A program made the translations under genes and the position numbers. Positions 54,529 through 63,881 of a stretch of 64,000 bases of DNA are shown here, piece by piece. The stretch covers positions 1,034 to 65,033 of the forward strand of contig CAZYLZ010000007.1 in assembly GCA_964648335.1 (NCBI GenBank). Reading direction: 5' to 3'. The stretch is from an uncultured Candidatus Saccharibacteria bacterium (GTDB lineage: Bacteria; Patescibacteriota; Minisyncoccia; Phycocordibacterales; UBA2100). How positions within the stretch are numbered: the stretch's first letter is position 1; every line of letters begins with the position of its first letter. Under the pieces are notes generated by a model that was not told the DNA's origin, searched no databases, and was given only the letters and a program-made list of their open reading frames with translations.

Positions 54529-55167
54529 ATGAGCGTCTACAGCCTCAAGCCGCGATTCCAATCGCTTCTGCGTCCGCTCTCGGACGGTCTTGCATCGGCC
54601 GGCGTATCGGCCAATATGGTGACTATCGCAGCGCTCGTCCTCTCGATTCTCGAGGGAATAGCGCTCGCCAACGACCCGGGCGCTTCTGTGCCTTTGTTGG
54701 CACTGCCAGTCGTTCTCTTGGTCCGGATGGCGCTCAACGCCATCGACGGCATGATCGCCCGCGAACATGCGCAACAAAGCGACACTGGTGCGTATTTGAA
54801 CGAGATTGGGGACATTGTTTCTGATCTCGCACTGTACACGCCGGTCGTCCTTGCTATCTATACGCCCCTGTCGGTGTCTATCGTCGTTCTCTACGTGGTG
54901 TACCTCATTGGTATCCCCGTGTCAGAGACAGTCGGCATCATGGCTGAGCGTATCGGTGGCATCCGTCGCTACGACGGGCCGATGGGCAAGAGTGACCGTG
55001 CGCTGTGCATGGGAGTCTTTGCCGTGTTGTTGGCTCCGTTGAATTTAGACGACGTCGGCTCAGTTACGACGGTCTTTGTAATCGTTCTGGTGCTCGCGAT
55101 CGGTGTCTGGCGTACTGCCTACAAGCGGTATGCGAGAAGCCTCGTCGACAAGCAGAAGAAAGGGTGA
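54529..55167 (+). CDS. CDP-alcohol phosphatidyltransferase-family protein (PgsA-like)
   Basis: NAIDGMIAREHAQQSDTGAYLNEIGDIVSD is the D-G-x2-A-R...G-x3-D-x3-D motif. Confidence 0.8.
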   Translation: MSVYSLKPRFQSLLRPLSDGLASAGVSANMVTIAALVLSILEGIALANDPGASVPLLALPVVLLVRMALNAIDGMIAREHAQQSDTGAYLNEIGDIVSDLALYTPVVLAIYTPLSVSIVVLYVVYLIGIPVSETVGIMAERIGGIRRYDGPMGKSDRALCMGVFAVLLAPLNLDDVGSVTTVFVIVLVLAIGVWRTAYKRYARSLVDKQKKG

Positions 55168-55170
55168 GAC

Positions 55171-56193
55171 ATGGATATGCAGGCACTATGGAATGGTGGG
55201 AGTCAGTGGTTCTTAGCACTTCCCAAGACACTCTGGGTACTCGCATTCGTGCTCTCCGTCCTGATCGTCGCGACCGCGTATGTGGGCACCGTTCACCTCG
55301 TGCGTCCCAAGAAAGATATCGACGAACTCGAAGCGCGCGTCGACACGTGGTGGGTAATCGTGGCTTTGGTCACGGTCGCATTCTGGGGCGGTCAGTACTG
55401 GTACGCGGCACCGTTCGTGCTCTTTGGTTTCATAAGCTTCATCGCGTTGAAGGAGTTCTTCACGATGGTGCCGCTGCGACACGAAGACCGCACGCCGATG
55501 TTCATTGCGTACCTGTTTATTCCGCTCCAGTACTACTTCGCAGCGGTGCTCGATCACCATGGACTGTTCATGATGTCGATAATCGTCTACGGAGTAGCCA
55601 TGGTGGCGATCGTGATGGTGCTCAAGCAGAAAGTCGACGGATTCATGGTCGCATTCGCGACCTTGCTCACCGGGATGATGATCACCACCTACAGTATCAG
55701 TCACCTCGCGCACTTCTTTGCCCTTCCGTCGTCGCCGAAGGTTCCGCAAGGAGCCATCGGTCTCGTGCTCTTCTATATCGTCCTTACCCAAGGCAACGAT
55801 GTGGCGCAGTACCTTTCGGGTAAGCTTTTCGGCCGCCACAAAATTGTGCCGGTCGTGAGCCCCAACAAAACATGGGAAGGATTCGTCGGGGGCGCCATCA
55901 TTACGACGGCACTCGGCGTCTTCTTGGCGCCGATACTCACGCCGTTCTCGTGGTACACAGCGTTCGGCGTAAGCTCACTCATTGCGACCTTGGGCTTCTT
56001 TGGCGATGTGTTCATATCGGCCTTGAAACGCGATATGGGGATCAAAGACACGAGCAAGTTCCTGCCAGGGCATGGCGGCATGCTCGACCGGGTCGACAGC
56101 TTCACGCTTTCGGCTCCTATCTACTTCCACGTAGTGAACTATTTCGTCTACATGAAGGGAGGTCTCGTATGCTCAGCAGTCTCGTGCGGGTAG
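55171..56193 (+). CDS. cdsA: Phosphatidate cytidylyltransferase
   Basis: The C-terminal signature FLPGHGGMLDRVDS, on a multi-TM protein. Confidence 0.85.
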   Translation: MDMQALWNGGSQWFLALPKTLWVLAFVLSVLIVATAYVGTVHLVRPKKDIDELEARVDTWWVIVALVTVAFWGGQYWYAAPFVLFGFISFIALKEFFTMVPLRHEDRTPMFIAYLFIPLQYYFAAVLDHHGLFMMSIIVYGVAMVAIVMVLKQKVDGFMVAFATLLTGMMITTYSISHLAHFFALPSSPKVPQGAIGLVLFYIVLTQGNDVAQYLSGKLFGRHKIVPVVSPNKTWEGFVGGAIITTALGVFLAPILTPFSWYTAFGVSSLIATLGFFGDVFISALKRDMGIKDTSKFLPGHGGMLDRVDSFTLSAPIYFHVVNYFVYMKGGLVCSAVSCG

Positions 56194-56801
56194 TCTTCAA
56201 TGCGGCGATTCTCCCGTTCACAATGTGGGTGTGGGTCGGGATGAACGTGTGGGGCAAGAGTAATGTGCCGCGAAAGGGTCCGGCGATTGTCGTGGCCAAT
56301 CACAACAGTCACTTCGACACGCTCGCGATCATGGCATTGTTTCCGCGTCGGATGCGCAGCCGCATCCGACCGGTCGCAGCCGAGGACTACTTTGCAAACG
56401 GCGGTCTCATGACCTGGTTCTCGCTTTCGGTACTTCGCGGCATCACCATCCGTCGTGCAAGCGGCGGCGGGCTCGAAGATCCATTCGCGAAGTGCCACGA
56501 GGCCTTGGCCAAGGGCGATATCCTGATCGTCTATCCCGAAGGGACGCGCGGCAAGCCCGAAGTCCTTTCGGACTTTAAGAAAGGAATTGCCTATCTGGCG
56601 GCTCGGCACTCTACGGTACCTGTGATCCCGATCAATCTCGAAGGTCTCGGGACCGTTATGGGTAAGGGGCACTCGATGCCAATGCCGTTCTTCTGCGACG
56701 TCGTCGTCGGTGGACCCTTCGTATCAACGGGTATGCCGGCGCAGTACGTCACGGAACTCAAGCATACGATTATCGCGCTTCAAAACGAGAGGGCGAACTA
56801 G
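56169..56801 (+). CDS. plsC: 1-acyl-sn-glycerol-3-phosphate acyltransferase (LPLAT family)
   Basis: VANHNSHFDT (HX4D) and IVYPEGTRG. RBS AAGGGAGG. It overlaps the cdsA 3' end. Confidence 0.8.
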   Translation: MLSSLVRVVFNAAILPFTMWVWVGMNVWGKSNVPRKGPAIVVANHNSHFDTLAIMALFPRRMRSRIRPVAAEDYFANGGLMTWFSLSVLRGITIRRASGGGLEDPFAKCHEALAKGDILIVYPEGTRGKPEVLSDFKKGIAYLAARHSTVPVIPINLEGLGTVMGKGHSMPMPFFCDVVVGGPFVSTGMPAQYVTELKHTIIALQNERAN

Positions 56802-56811
56802 TCGTCATACG

Positions 56812-56846
56812 ACAGGCCGATGCGCAAAGCATCGGCCTGTTTTTCT
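56812..56846 (+). terminator. Hairpin caggccgatgc-gcaaa-gcatcggcctg plus TTTTTC
   Basis: Perfect 11-bp stem plus T-tract after plsC. Confidence 0.7.
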
Positions 56847-56916
56847 TTGTCTTCATGAAAAAAACCGGTAGCCGTGGTACGCTCGGGCGAGCCTAGGAAC
56901 AAAGGGAGTATGGACT

Positions 56917-57291
56917 GTGCAACAGATTATCCAGCAGGTCTTTTCGGGCCTGGAGCAAGCGTTTCATTGGTGTTGGAGTCTCATTACGCTCATTCTCGCG
57001 TGGTACTGGTCGCAGATAGGGAAGCTCGCCGCGATCATCGGTTCTAACCAGGCAGTGTGGAAGCAAGTGCTTGCGGCGATTTTTCTGGTCTACCTCGGGT
57101 ACCTGCTTTATGGTGTCGTCATCTCGTTTGTCGAATCGCTTCGCGGCGTCTTTGCCGCGATAGGCTCGTTCGTCGGCACTGTCATTGCAGCGTCGCCAGA
57201 TCTTCTCAAGGCCGGTATCATAGCGGCAGTCGGGCTCTTTCTCATCAATACCGTCAATCTGGGAAATATCGCCTGGAAGTGGCCTCTCTAA
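56917..57291 (+). CDS. Hypothetical membrane protein (124 aa)
   Basis: GTG start with AAGGGAG upstream. Hydrophobic helices. Confidence 0.45.
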   Translation: MQQIIQQVFSGLEQAFHWCWSLITLILAWYWSQIGKLAAIIGSNQAVWKQVLAAIFLVYLGYLLYGVVISFVESLRGVFAAIGSFVGTVIAASPDLLKAGIIAAVGLFLINTVNLGNIAWKWPL

Positions 57292-57296
57292 AATAA

Positions 57297-57326
57297 AACA
57301 CCCCCGACGTTCTGTCGGGGGTGTCG
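57297..57326. terminator. Hairpin acacccccgac-gttc-tgtcgggggtgt; bidirectional
   Basis: 12-bp stem between convergent genes. Confidence 0.6.
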
Positions 57327-57328
57327 TA

Positions 57329-57817
57329 CTAGGTGCGAACGTTCTCGTAGGTGGCGCGCATGAACTGCCAGATTAGCGCGGCAAGTCCTGAGAGCAGTAT
57401 CGTATCGCCCGCGTGTGCCGTTATGGTTTTGGCGAGGCCGTCGAACATGATGATGCGGCTTGTAAGCTCGACGCACCATGCGGTGAACATGAGTACGACA
57501 GCTGTCACAAACCCAAACACGAGGTGTGGCGTTATGCGTTCGAGCCGATACTTGAGCGACATCCGCATCGACGCGTCAAACGGCTGGGTCTCGATATCGC
57601 CGAGTGCCCGCAGGGTGCGCGCGATGACTGCGAGGGCGGCAGCGCAGGTGCACCACGCCATGATTGCCATGCAGAGATTGATCTCGTATTCCGACGGGGT
57701 ATGTCCGTTGAACCAGAGAATCTGGTAAGTGAAAACCGAAGCGCAGCCAACATATACCGCAGTCGCTACGACCGCACACGCCAGATGTAGGAGCGGTCGT
57801 TTTAGAGTCGCAAACAT
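57329..57817 (-). CDS. Hypothetical integral membrane protein (162 aa)
   Basis: Four hydrophobic helices. The ORF is intact. Confidence 0.45.
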   Translation of the reverse strand: MFATLKRPLLHLACAVVATAVYVGCASVFTYQILWFNGHTPSEYEINLCMAIMAWCTCAAALAVIARTLRALGDIETQPFDASMRMSLKYRLERITPHLVFGFVTAVVLMFTAWCVELTSRIIMFDGLAKTITAHAGDTILLSGLAALIWQFMRATYENVRT

Positions 57818-57880
57818 GGGTACCTCCTATTGCATCTGATACGCATATTGTAATATAATGCGCACCTCGTCAATAGCGCC

Positions 57881-59197
57881 ATGAACCGCGATATATTCGA
57901 TACGCTTGGTTTCCCCGACACCCCTGGTGTGTATTTTTGGCGCGCTGCAAACGGGGACATATTGTATGTAGGAAAGGCGACGTCATTACGCGATCGCGTG
58001 CGCAGCTACTTTGCTTCTGACATCCACGTCACGCGCGGAGACCGCATCCGACAGATGGTCGACGAAGCCGCGACCATCACCTTCGAAGAGACCGACTCGG
58101 TCCTCGAAGCGCTCATCCTCGAGGCGAACCTCATCAAGTGCCACCAGCCGCCGTATAATGTCGCCGAACGCGATAACAAGAGTTTTAACTATCTCGTGAT
58201 CACGAACGAAGCGTTCCCACGCGTTCTGGTAGTACGCGGCCGCGAGCTGTTTCAAGAATGGAACGACAAAGATATCAAGTCGCTCTACGGACCCTTTCCC
58301 AACGGCGGCGCGCTGAAAGACGCGATGAAGCTCGTGCGCAAGATCTTCCCGTTTCGCGACAAGTGCGTGCCCTTCGAAGCTTCAGCGAAGAAGAGCATGC
58401 CCTTCGAAGCTATAGCGAAGAAGAGCGTGTCCTTCGTAGCTTCCGCGAAGAAGGAGAAACCCTGCTTCAACAAGCAGCTGGGCCTTTGTCCTGGCGTCTG
58501 CGACGGTTCGTTTACGAAAGCAGAGTATGCACGGACAATCCGCAACATATCGCTCCTCTTTAGCGGCAAGAAGGTAACGCTGTTGAAGACACTCGAGCGC
58601 GAGATGAAAGCGGCCGCCAAGAAAGAAGCCTTCGAGTCAGCACGCGAACTCAAGCGGCAGGTGATGGCCCTTACACACATTCGCGACATCTCGCTCGTGT
58701 CCGACGAGATGCGCATGTCGACCGGCGGCGGCGGGGTGCGAATCGAATGCTACGACATCGCACATACATCAGGAACCGAGACGGTCGGAGTTATGGTAGC
58801 GGTCGTAGACGGAGTTCCTGCAAAATCCCAGTACCGCAAGTTTAAAATCCGCGGGGTGGGGAACAACGATACGGCGGCACTAGCCCAGATGCTCTCTCGG
58901 CGGCTCGCACATAGCGAGTGGCCGCTCCCGCGTGTGTTTGTCGTCGATGGTGGTAAGGGGCAGCTCAACGCCATGCAAAAGGTGCTTTCTGATGCCGGGG
59001 TCGCGATCCCGCTTGTAGGTGTGGTAAAGGACGATAGGCACCGCCCGGTCGGAATCATCGGCGACCCGCAAGCCGCAAAAATCTACGAAAAAGAGGCTCT
59101 TTTGGCCGATGCCGAGGCACATCGCTTTGCCATAAGCTGGCACCGTAAGCGGCGCCAAGAGGCGGGGGGTTTGACAAAAACAAAGAAAGGAGTATAA
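57881..59197 (+). CDS. uvrC: Excinuclease ABC subunit C, short form (GIY-YIG plus Cys-rich UvrB-binding region plus RNase-H-like endonuclease domain; no C-terminal HhH)
   Basis: GVYFWRAANGDILYVGKATSLRDRVRSYF (GIY-YIG), EALILEANLIKCHQPPYNV, the Cys cluster CFNKQLGLCPGVCDG, and IECYDIAHTSGTETVGVMVAVVDGVPAKSQYRKFKI (endonuclease V-like fold). The protein is 438 aa. Confidence 0.85.
   Translation: MNRDIFDTLGFPDTPGVYFWRAANGDILYVGKATSLRDRVRSYFASDIHVTRGDRIRQMVDEAATITFEETDSVLEALILEANLIKCHQPPYNVAERDNKSFNYLVITNEAFPRVLVVRGRELFQEWNDKDIKSLYGPFPNGGALKDAMKLVRKIFPFRDKCVPFEASAKKSMPFEAIAKKSVSFVASAKKEKPCFNKQLGLCPGVCDGSFTKAEYARTIRNISLLFSGKKVTLLKTLEREMKAAAKKEAFESARELKRQVMALTHIRDISLVSDEMRMSTGGGGVRIECYDIAHTSGTETVGVMVAVVDGVPAKSQYRKFKIRGVGNNDTAALAQMLSRRLAHSEWPLPRVFVVDGGKGQLNAMQKVLSDAGVAIPLVGVVKDDRHRPVGIIGDPQAAKIYEKEALLADAEAHRFAISWHRKRRQEAGGLTKTKKGV
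58370..58459 (+). repeat. 3 x 30-bp in-frame tandem repeat inside uvrC (PFEASAKKSM / PFEAIAKKSV / SFVASAKKEK)
   Basis: cccttcgaagcttcagcgaagaagagcatg / cccttcgaagctatagcgaagaagagcgtg / tccttcgtagcttccgcgaagaaggagaaa. Confidence 0.8.
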
Positions 59198-59571
59198 TGC
59201 TGTTTAGTACGCAGAAAGATCCCGTAGCAACATCAGGAGATAAGACCATGGATCTCGTTGCACAACAGATTCAGTCGCTCGAATTCAAGATCGCTGCCGG
59301 CGAACAGCAGCTCGCTGCTATCGCGACGGTAGAGCCTGAGCTCGCGCAGAATCTCTTCGGTCATTCCCAACAGGCGGCGCATCTGAGGCATGGGTTGAAC
59401 GGCCTCGACATGATCGCGTTCAATCGCATCACGGCGGGCAAGGTCAAAGCCGACACCGTCGCTCACCGCGCGGAAATCGCTCGGCTCGAATCACTCGCTG
59501 GCCTTGCGCGCGCCGCCGAGAACGAGAAGATCAACAATCAACGAGCCGACGACTACTTCCGCAACAGGTAA
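59197..59571 (+). CDS. Hypothetical protein (124 aa; alternative start at 59248)
   Basis: The ATG overlaps the uvrC stop (AAGGAG upstream). A second good RBS (CAGGAGA) precedes the ATG at 59248. Confidence 0.45.
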   Translation: MLFSTQKDPVATSGDKTMDLVAQQIQSLEFKIAAGEQQLAAIATVEPELAQNLFGHSQQAAHLRHGLNGLDMIAFNRITAGKVKADTVAHRAEIARLESLAGLARAAENEKINNQRADDYFRNR

Positions 59572-59585
59572 TCGCAACCTCCTCG

Positions 59586-59627
59586 ACCCCCGACCGATTC
59601 ATTTCGGTCGGGGGTCATTTTTTATGT
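59586..59627 (+). terminator. Hairpin gacccccgaccg-attcattt-cggtcgggggtc plus ATTTTTT
   Basis: 12-bp stem plus T-tract. Confidence 0.7.
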
Positions 59628-59656
59628 ACGTTCTTGCGAGGTGATATACTTTTGCC

Positions 59657-60640
59657 ATGTCTCGCACCACCGTCGGTGTGCTTCGCGGAGGAAACTCGAG
59701 CGAATACGATCTCTCGTTAAAGACGGGAGCTTCTGTCATACGCGCGCTACCGCCACAACTCTACGATGTTCGCGATATTTTAGTAGATAAAAAGGGAGGG
59801 TGGCATGTCCGTGGTTTGCCGTCAGACCCTGTCAACGCCCTGCGGCAGCTCGACGTTGCTATCAACGCCATGCACGGCGGCATCGGCGAAGATGGAACCA
59901 TCGGGCGCCTTTTCGAAACGGTGCACGTGCCGTATACCGGATCGCGACCACATGCGTCGGCTGCTGCGCTCAACAAGCCGATGACGCGTGCACTCCTAAC
60001 GCAGGCGAAGGTCCGTATGCCGCAGGCAAGCATCTTTAAGGTAGATGAAGATCGCGATACGGCCGACATGTCGCGCCAGGTACTCTCACAATTTGCGCCG
60101 CCCTATGTGGTAAAACCGGCAGCCGAGGGATCGTCGTTCGGTGTCCGCATCGCACCGACGGTCTACCAGCTGCCCGATCTTATCGCAGACGTGTTGGACG
60201 ATTATGGCACTGCGATAGTCGAGCAGTACATACGCGGCACCGAAGCGACCGTCGGCGTCATCGAAGGCTTTCGTGGCGAGCGGCTCTATGCGCTGCCGCC
60301 CTCCGAAGTCCGCTTTGCGACAGTTCCCAATACGACGCGCACAATTGCGGGATGGCATCATATCGACACATCACACCATGCGCCAATCGAGCATTTTTCG
60401 CAATCGCAGAAAGACTCGCTCATGCGTACTGCCAAAATCGCGCACGACGTCCTGGGCCTCTCACACTACTCGCGTGCCGATTTTATCGTTACACCCAATG
60501 GACTGTATCTGCTCGAGGTAAATGCGCTCCCGGCACTGCACGAGGCGGCGCCGTTTGTTATAGCGCTCGACTCGGTCGGAGCATCGTTGCTGCATTTCTT
60601 AGAACACGCGATAGAACTGGCACTGCACCGAGGGCGATGA
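59657..60640 (+). CDS. ddl: D-alanine--D-alanine ligase
   Basis: VGVLRGGNSSEYDLSLKTGASV, HGGIGEDGTIGRLFETVHVPYTGS, VVKPAAEGSSFGV and LLEVNALP are ATP-grasp Ddl signatures. Confidence 0.88.
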   Translation: MSRTTVGVLRGGNSSEYDLSLKTGASVIRALPPQLYDVRDILVDKKGGWHVRGLPSDPVNALRQLDVAINAMHGGIGEDGTIGRLFETVHVPYTGSRPHASAAALNKPMTRALLTQAKVRMPQASIFKVDEDRDTADMSRQVLSQFAPPYVVKPAAEGSSFGVRIAPTVYQLPDLIADVLDDYGTAIVEQYIRGTEATVGVIEGFRGERLYALPPSEVRFATVPNTTRTIAGWHHIDTSHHAPIEHFSQSQKDSLMRTAKIAHDVLGLSHYSRADFIVTPNGLYLLEVNALPALHEAAPFVIALDSVGASLLHFLEHAIELALHRGR

Positions 60641-60963
60641 ACGATCTTGCAAGCACACACTGCGTACCGTGCGAAGGCGGCGCGATGCCGATGCAGATAT
60701 CCGAGGCCGAGGCGTATGTAGCCAAGGTTCCGGGTTGGACGCTCTCGCGCGATGCGCGGCTCATCAGTCGCGAATACATTTTCAAGAACTTCAAAGACGC
60801 GCTTGCGTTCGTAAACAAAGTGGGTGCCCTGGCCGAGTCCGAAGGTCATCATCCCGACATCTATCTGGGCTGGGGAAAGGTGGATATCGAGATCTGGACT
60901 CACAAGATAGCCGGACTCTCAAAAAGCGACTTCGTGCTCGCCGCAAAGATAGATTTATTATAA
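60637..60963 (+). CDS. Pterin-4a-carbinolamine dehydratase (PCD/DCoH)
   Basis: REYIFKNFKDALAFVNKVGALAESEGHHPDI..W..V.I...TH. The ATGA overlaps the ddl stop. Confidence 0.8.
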   Translation: MNDLASTHCVPCEGGAMPMQISEAEAYVAKVPGWTLSRDARLISREYIFKNFKDALAFVNKVGALAESEGHHPDIYLGWGKVDIEIWTHKIAGLSKSDFVLAAKIDLL

Positions 60964-60968
60964 AAACC

Positions 60969-61008
60969 CCGCGCATAAGTGCTGCTGACAGCCTTATGCG
61001 CGGGGTAG
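60969..61008. terminator. Hairpin ccccgcgcataag-(14 nt loop)-cttatgcgcgggg between convergent genes
   Basis: 13-bp stem. Confidence 0.55.
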
Positions 61009-61011
61009 AGT

Positions 61012-62355
61012 TTAGTGGGCGACCGATCGGATGGACTTTTCGATGCTCTCGGCAATCGCGCCGTTTTGCCGTGCGCAATCGCTTTCGACCATGATCCGAA
61101 CCATCGACTCGGTCCCCGAGTTGCGTACCAAGACGCGGCCACGCTTGGCGAGTGTTTTCTCGGCCACCCTGATCGAATCCTTCACCTTCTTGTCGTCGAT
61201 CGCGGTCTTGGGGATGCCGCGGACATTGACTAGAAGCTGTGGGACCGGGGTGAACTTGTGGCAGACCTCGCTTGCTTTGCGTCCGTCCTTCTTGATGACG
61301 GCCAAAAGCTGCAATGCCGCGACAAGTCCGTCTCCGGTCGTCGAATAATCGGAGCAGATGATGTGCCCTGATTGTTCGCCTCCTAAGTTGTATCCGAGCT
61401 CTCGCATTTTTTCGATGACGTAGCGATCGCCGACCTGCGAGCGGACCATGGGTACCTTGAGCGTGTTCGTAAGATACCGCTCAAGACCCAGGTTCGACAT
61501 CACGGTCGTCACGACGCCGCCGGTAAGACGTCCTCTCTCACAGAGAGAGGACGCGATCAAGGCGATGATTTGATCGCCATCGACGACCTGACCCTTCTCG
61601 TCGAGGATGATAACGCGGTCTGCGTCGCCATCGAGAGCGATACCGAGGTCTGCTTTTTCCATGAGAACGCGTGCAGCAGCGGTCTGCCAATGCATCGAAC
61701 CCACGCCATCGTTGATGTTACGACCGTCAGGATTGACTCCAATCAAGCTCAGCGAAAAGCCAAGCTCCTTCAAGATGTCCGGAGCTACCTTGTAGGCGGC
61801 ACCGTTGGCGCAATCGAGCACGACCTTGAGTCCTTCGAACGAGACATCGCGCGGCAGCGTGTACTTGACCGATTCGATGTAGCGTCCCTGGACGTCTTTG
61901 ATCCGCTCGACACGACCCATACGCGCGGTACCTTGTACCGGATTGTCGGATAAGACGAGGTGCTCGATCTGCGCTTCGACGGCATCAGAAAGCTTATAGC
62001 CGTCGGGGCCGAAGAGCTTGATGCCGTTGTCGCGCCATCCGTTATGCGATGCCGATATCATGACGCCGACATCGCACCGCATCGATTTGGTGATAGCAGC
62101 GATCGCAGGCGTCGGAAGAGGGCCCGTCAGAAGGACATCCATTCCCTGGGCAACGAGCCCTGCGGTGATCCCCGTCTCGAGGGTATACCCCGATTCCCGT
62201 GGATCTTTGCCGATCAGCGCCATGTGACGATGGCCCGTGTTTTGGCTGGTAAACACCTGTCCTACTGCGCGGCCTACTTTGACGGCGAGTTCGGGAGTGA
62301 GTGTGGTACCGGCTTCGCCACGGATACCGTCCGTACCAAAGAGTTTTGCAGTCAT
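61012..62355 (-). CDS. glmM: Phosphoglucosamine mutase
   Basis: LFGTDGIRGEAG, the active-site SASHNGWRDNGIKLF, the metal loop DGDADR and GEQSGH. The start is taken at MTAKLFG, with AGGAG upstream. Confidence 0.88.
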   Translation of the reverse strand: MTAKLFGTDGIRGEAGTTLTPELAVKVGRAVGQVFTSQNTGHRHMALIGKDPRESGYTLETGITAGLVAQGMDVLLTGPLPTPAIAAITKSMRCDVGVMISASHNGWRDNGIKLFGPDGYKLSDAVEAQIEHLVLSDNPVQGTARMGRVERIKDVQGRYIESVKYTLPRDVSFEGLKVVLDCANGAAYKVAPDILKELGFSLSLIGVNPDGRNINDGVGSMHWQTAAARVLMEKADLGIALDGDADRVIILDEKGQVVDGDQIIALIASSLCERGRLTGGVVTTVMSNLGLERYLTNTLKVPMVRSQVGDRYVIEKMRELGYNLGGEQSGHIICSDYSTTGDGLVAALQLLAVIKKDGRKASEVCHKFTPVPQLLVNVRGIPKTAIDDKKVKDSIRVAEKTLAKRGRVLVRNSGTESMVRIMVESDCARQNGAIAESIEKSIRSVAH

Positions 62356-62453
62356 ATGAGTCTCCTCTAGTGGTTGTGTACCGACTGTCGGCAACAGTAC
62401 CCGATTGACCGCAGATGTCAACGGTTTTATGTGTTTGTCAAAAAAGGCTGGCA

Positions 62454-62810
62454 CTAGCGTGCCAGCCTTACCTCGAATGTTTCTATCTGTGGGTTGGTCA
62501 AGAACTCGGCAGCAAGTATGACACACTTGCTGCGTGCGATATCTTCACTCTCGCCATCGATTAGTATTGTAAATAGGCGTGCTATCGCAAATGCTCCTAT
62601 GTCATTTCTTCGACTCACCATATTCTTGAGTATGGCTTCGCTCTCGGGGTCAAAGGCTCCCACCTTACGTCGCACCGTAATGGTAAGCAGGTAGCCTTGT
62701 TGCACGGACGTCCTCCATGGTCGGCCTGAGTAGAGTCTACCAACAAATCGTTGACGGACAAATTTAAATAATGACGTACTCCCTGGGCTATCGGTTGAGG
62801 TGTGCGTCAT
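62454..62810 (-). CDS. Hypothetical protein (118 aa)
   Basis: ORF from MTHTSTDSPG. No family recognised. The upstream region contains TTTGTG/CACAAA palindromes. Confidence 0.4.
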   Translation of the reverse strand: MTHTSTDSPGSTSLFKFVRQRFVGRLYSGRPWRTSVQQGYLLTITVRRKVGAFDPESEAILKNMVSRRNDIGAFAIARLFTILIDGESEDIARSKCVILAAEFLTNPQIETFEVRLAR

Positions 62811-62968
62811 AATTTTTGTGGACACAAATAACAGCGCGCCGTCGCGATATAGATACCACTTTGTGGTCACGAATATTCTCCACCTCGTCAGGTGAAGAAT
62901 TTCTCGACCCCGACTCGCGGTTTGGCTTGCTAGCCAAACATCGCTGTGCCTTCCACAAACACACAAAA

Positions 62969-62990
62969 TCCCGCTCAAGCGGGATGTTTG
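62969..62990 (-). terminator. Hairpin atcccgct-caa-gcgggat with a U-rich tail (UUUUGUGUGUUUGUGG) downstream of the tRNA
   Basis: Seen directly on the minus strand. Confidence 0.5.
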
Positions 62991-62999
62991 TGACGTTTG

Positions 63000-63072
63000 T
63001 GGACCCTGGGAGATTCGAACTCCCGACATCCACATTGCAAATGTGGCGCTCTACCAGCTGAGCTAAGGGCCC
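63000..63072 (-). tRNA. tRNA-Cys (anticodon GCA)
   Basis: The minus-strand read GGGCCCUUAGCUCAGCUGGUAGAGCGCCACAUUUGCAAUGUGGAUGUCGGGAGUUCGAAUCUCCCAGGGUCCA folds into a canonical cloverleaf: 7-bp acceptor stem, D loop AGCUCAGCUGGUAGAGC, anticodon loop UUGCAAU, T loop GGUUCGAAUCC-like. Confidence 0.85.
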
Positions 63073-63220
63073 GTACGGCTCGGATTATAGACCACTAATA
63101 GACATTGGGCAATACGGCACAAGGGTCACGGGGCGTATGAAAGCCCATTGTAATACGCTTAAAAAAGTGTTATAATCACGTCGGCTAAGAACTTTGAAAC
63201 TCAACAAGAAGGAAAGCAGA

Positions 63221-63877
63221 ATGAAGCGAATAGTCCAACAGATCGCCACCTGGGCAAGTACGCCATCGCGTACCGTCGAGTGCACGACGCTCCTCATGGA
63301 GCTTGCCGACATCGGTAATCGCTGTGCAGGCGATCTCAGGAATACACATGGTACGGACCTGGGCAAGATCATCGCCCACGAACATGCCGGCGACGATATC
63401 GAGAAGCGGGTCCGCGAAATCCTGCTGAACACGACGTTCATGCGCTTCAAGCGCAACGACATCAAGGACCTCGCGATGCGACTCGATGACTGTATCGACC
63501 GCATGCGCAAGGTGGCCGAGCACGTCCATGTGTACAAAATGTGCTTCCAGTCTGTTCGTGCCGAGGCGATTGCGCTGTTCGACCTAGTCGTTCTTATGTC
63601 TGTCGCGGTGAAGGAACTTGTCTCTGCGCTTCAACACAAGCCTCTCGACGGCATCGCTATCGGCAAGCTAGTAGAGCGTCTCGACAAGTACGAAACGAGG
63701 GCAGATGAGATACGGCGCGAACAGAAGCAGTTACTCGTGACTCAAGAATTCGCAGCGAAGATAAGCTCGATCGAATTCCGGGCATGGGCTGAGCTTTACG
63801 ACAATCTGGAACGTGCGACCGACAGCATGAATCACGTCGGCGCTGCGATCCATTCACTCGCGCTATGGGAGGCCTGA
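63221..63877 (+). CDS. DUF47-family protein (PhoU-like phosphate-transport accessory regulator)
   Basis: Helical, about 210 aa, placed immediately upstream of a PiT-family transporter, which is the typical DUF47-Pit pair. Confidence 0.65.
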   Translation: MKRIVQQIATWASTPSRTVECTTLLMELADIGNRCAGDLRNTHGTDLGKIIAHEHAGDDIEKRVREILLNTTFMRFKRNDIKDLAMRLDDCIDRMRKVAEHVHVYKMCFQSVRAEAIALFDLVVLMSVAVKELVSALQHKPLDGIAIGKLVERLDKYETRADEIRREQKQLLVTQEFAAKISSIEFRAWAELYDNLERATDSMNHVGAAIHSLALWEA

Positions 63878-63881
63878 GCGC

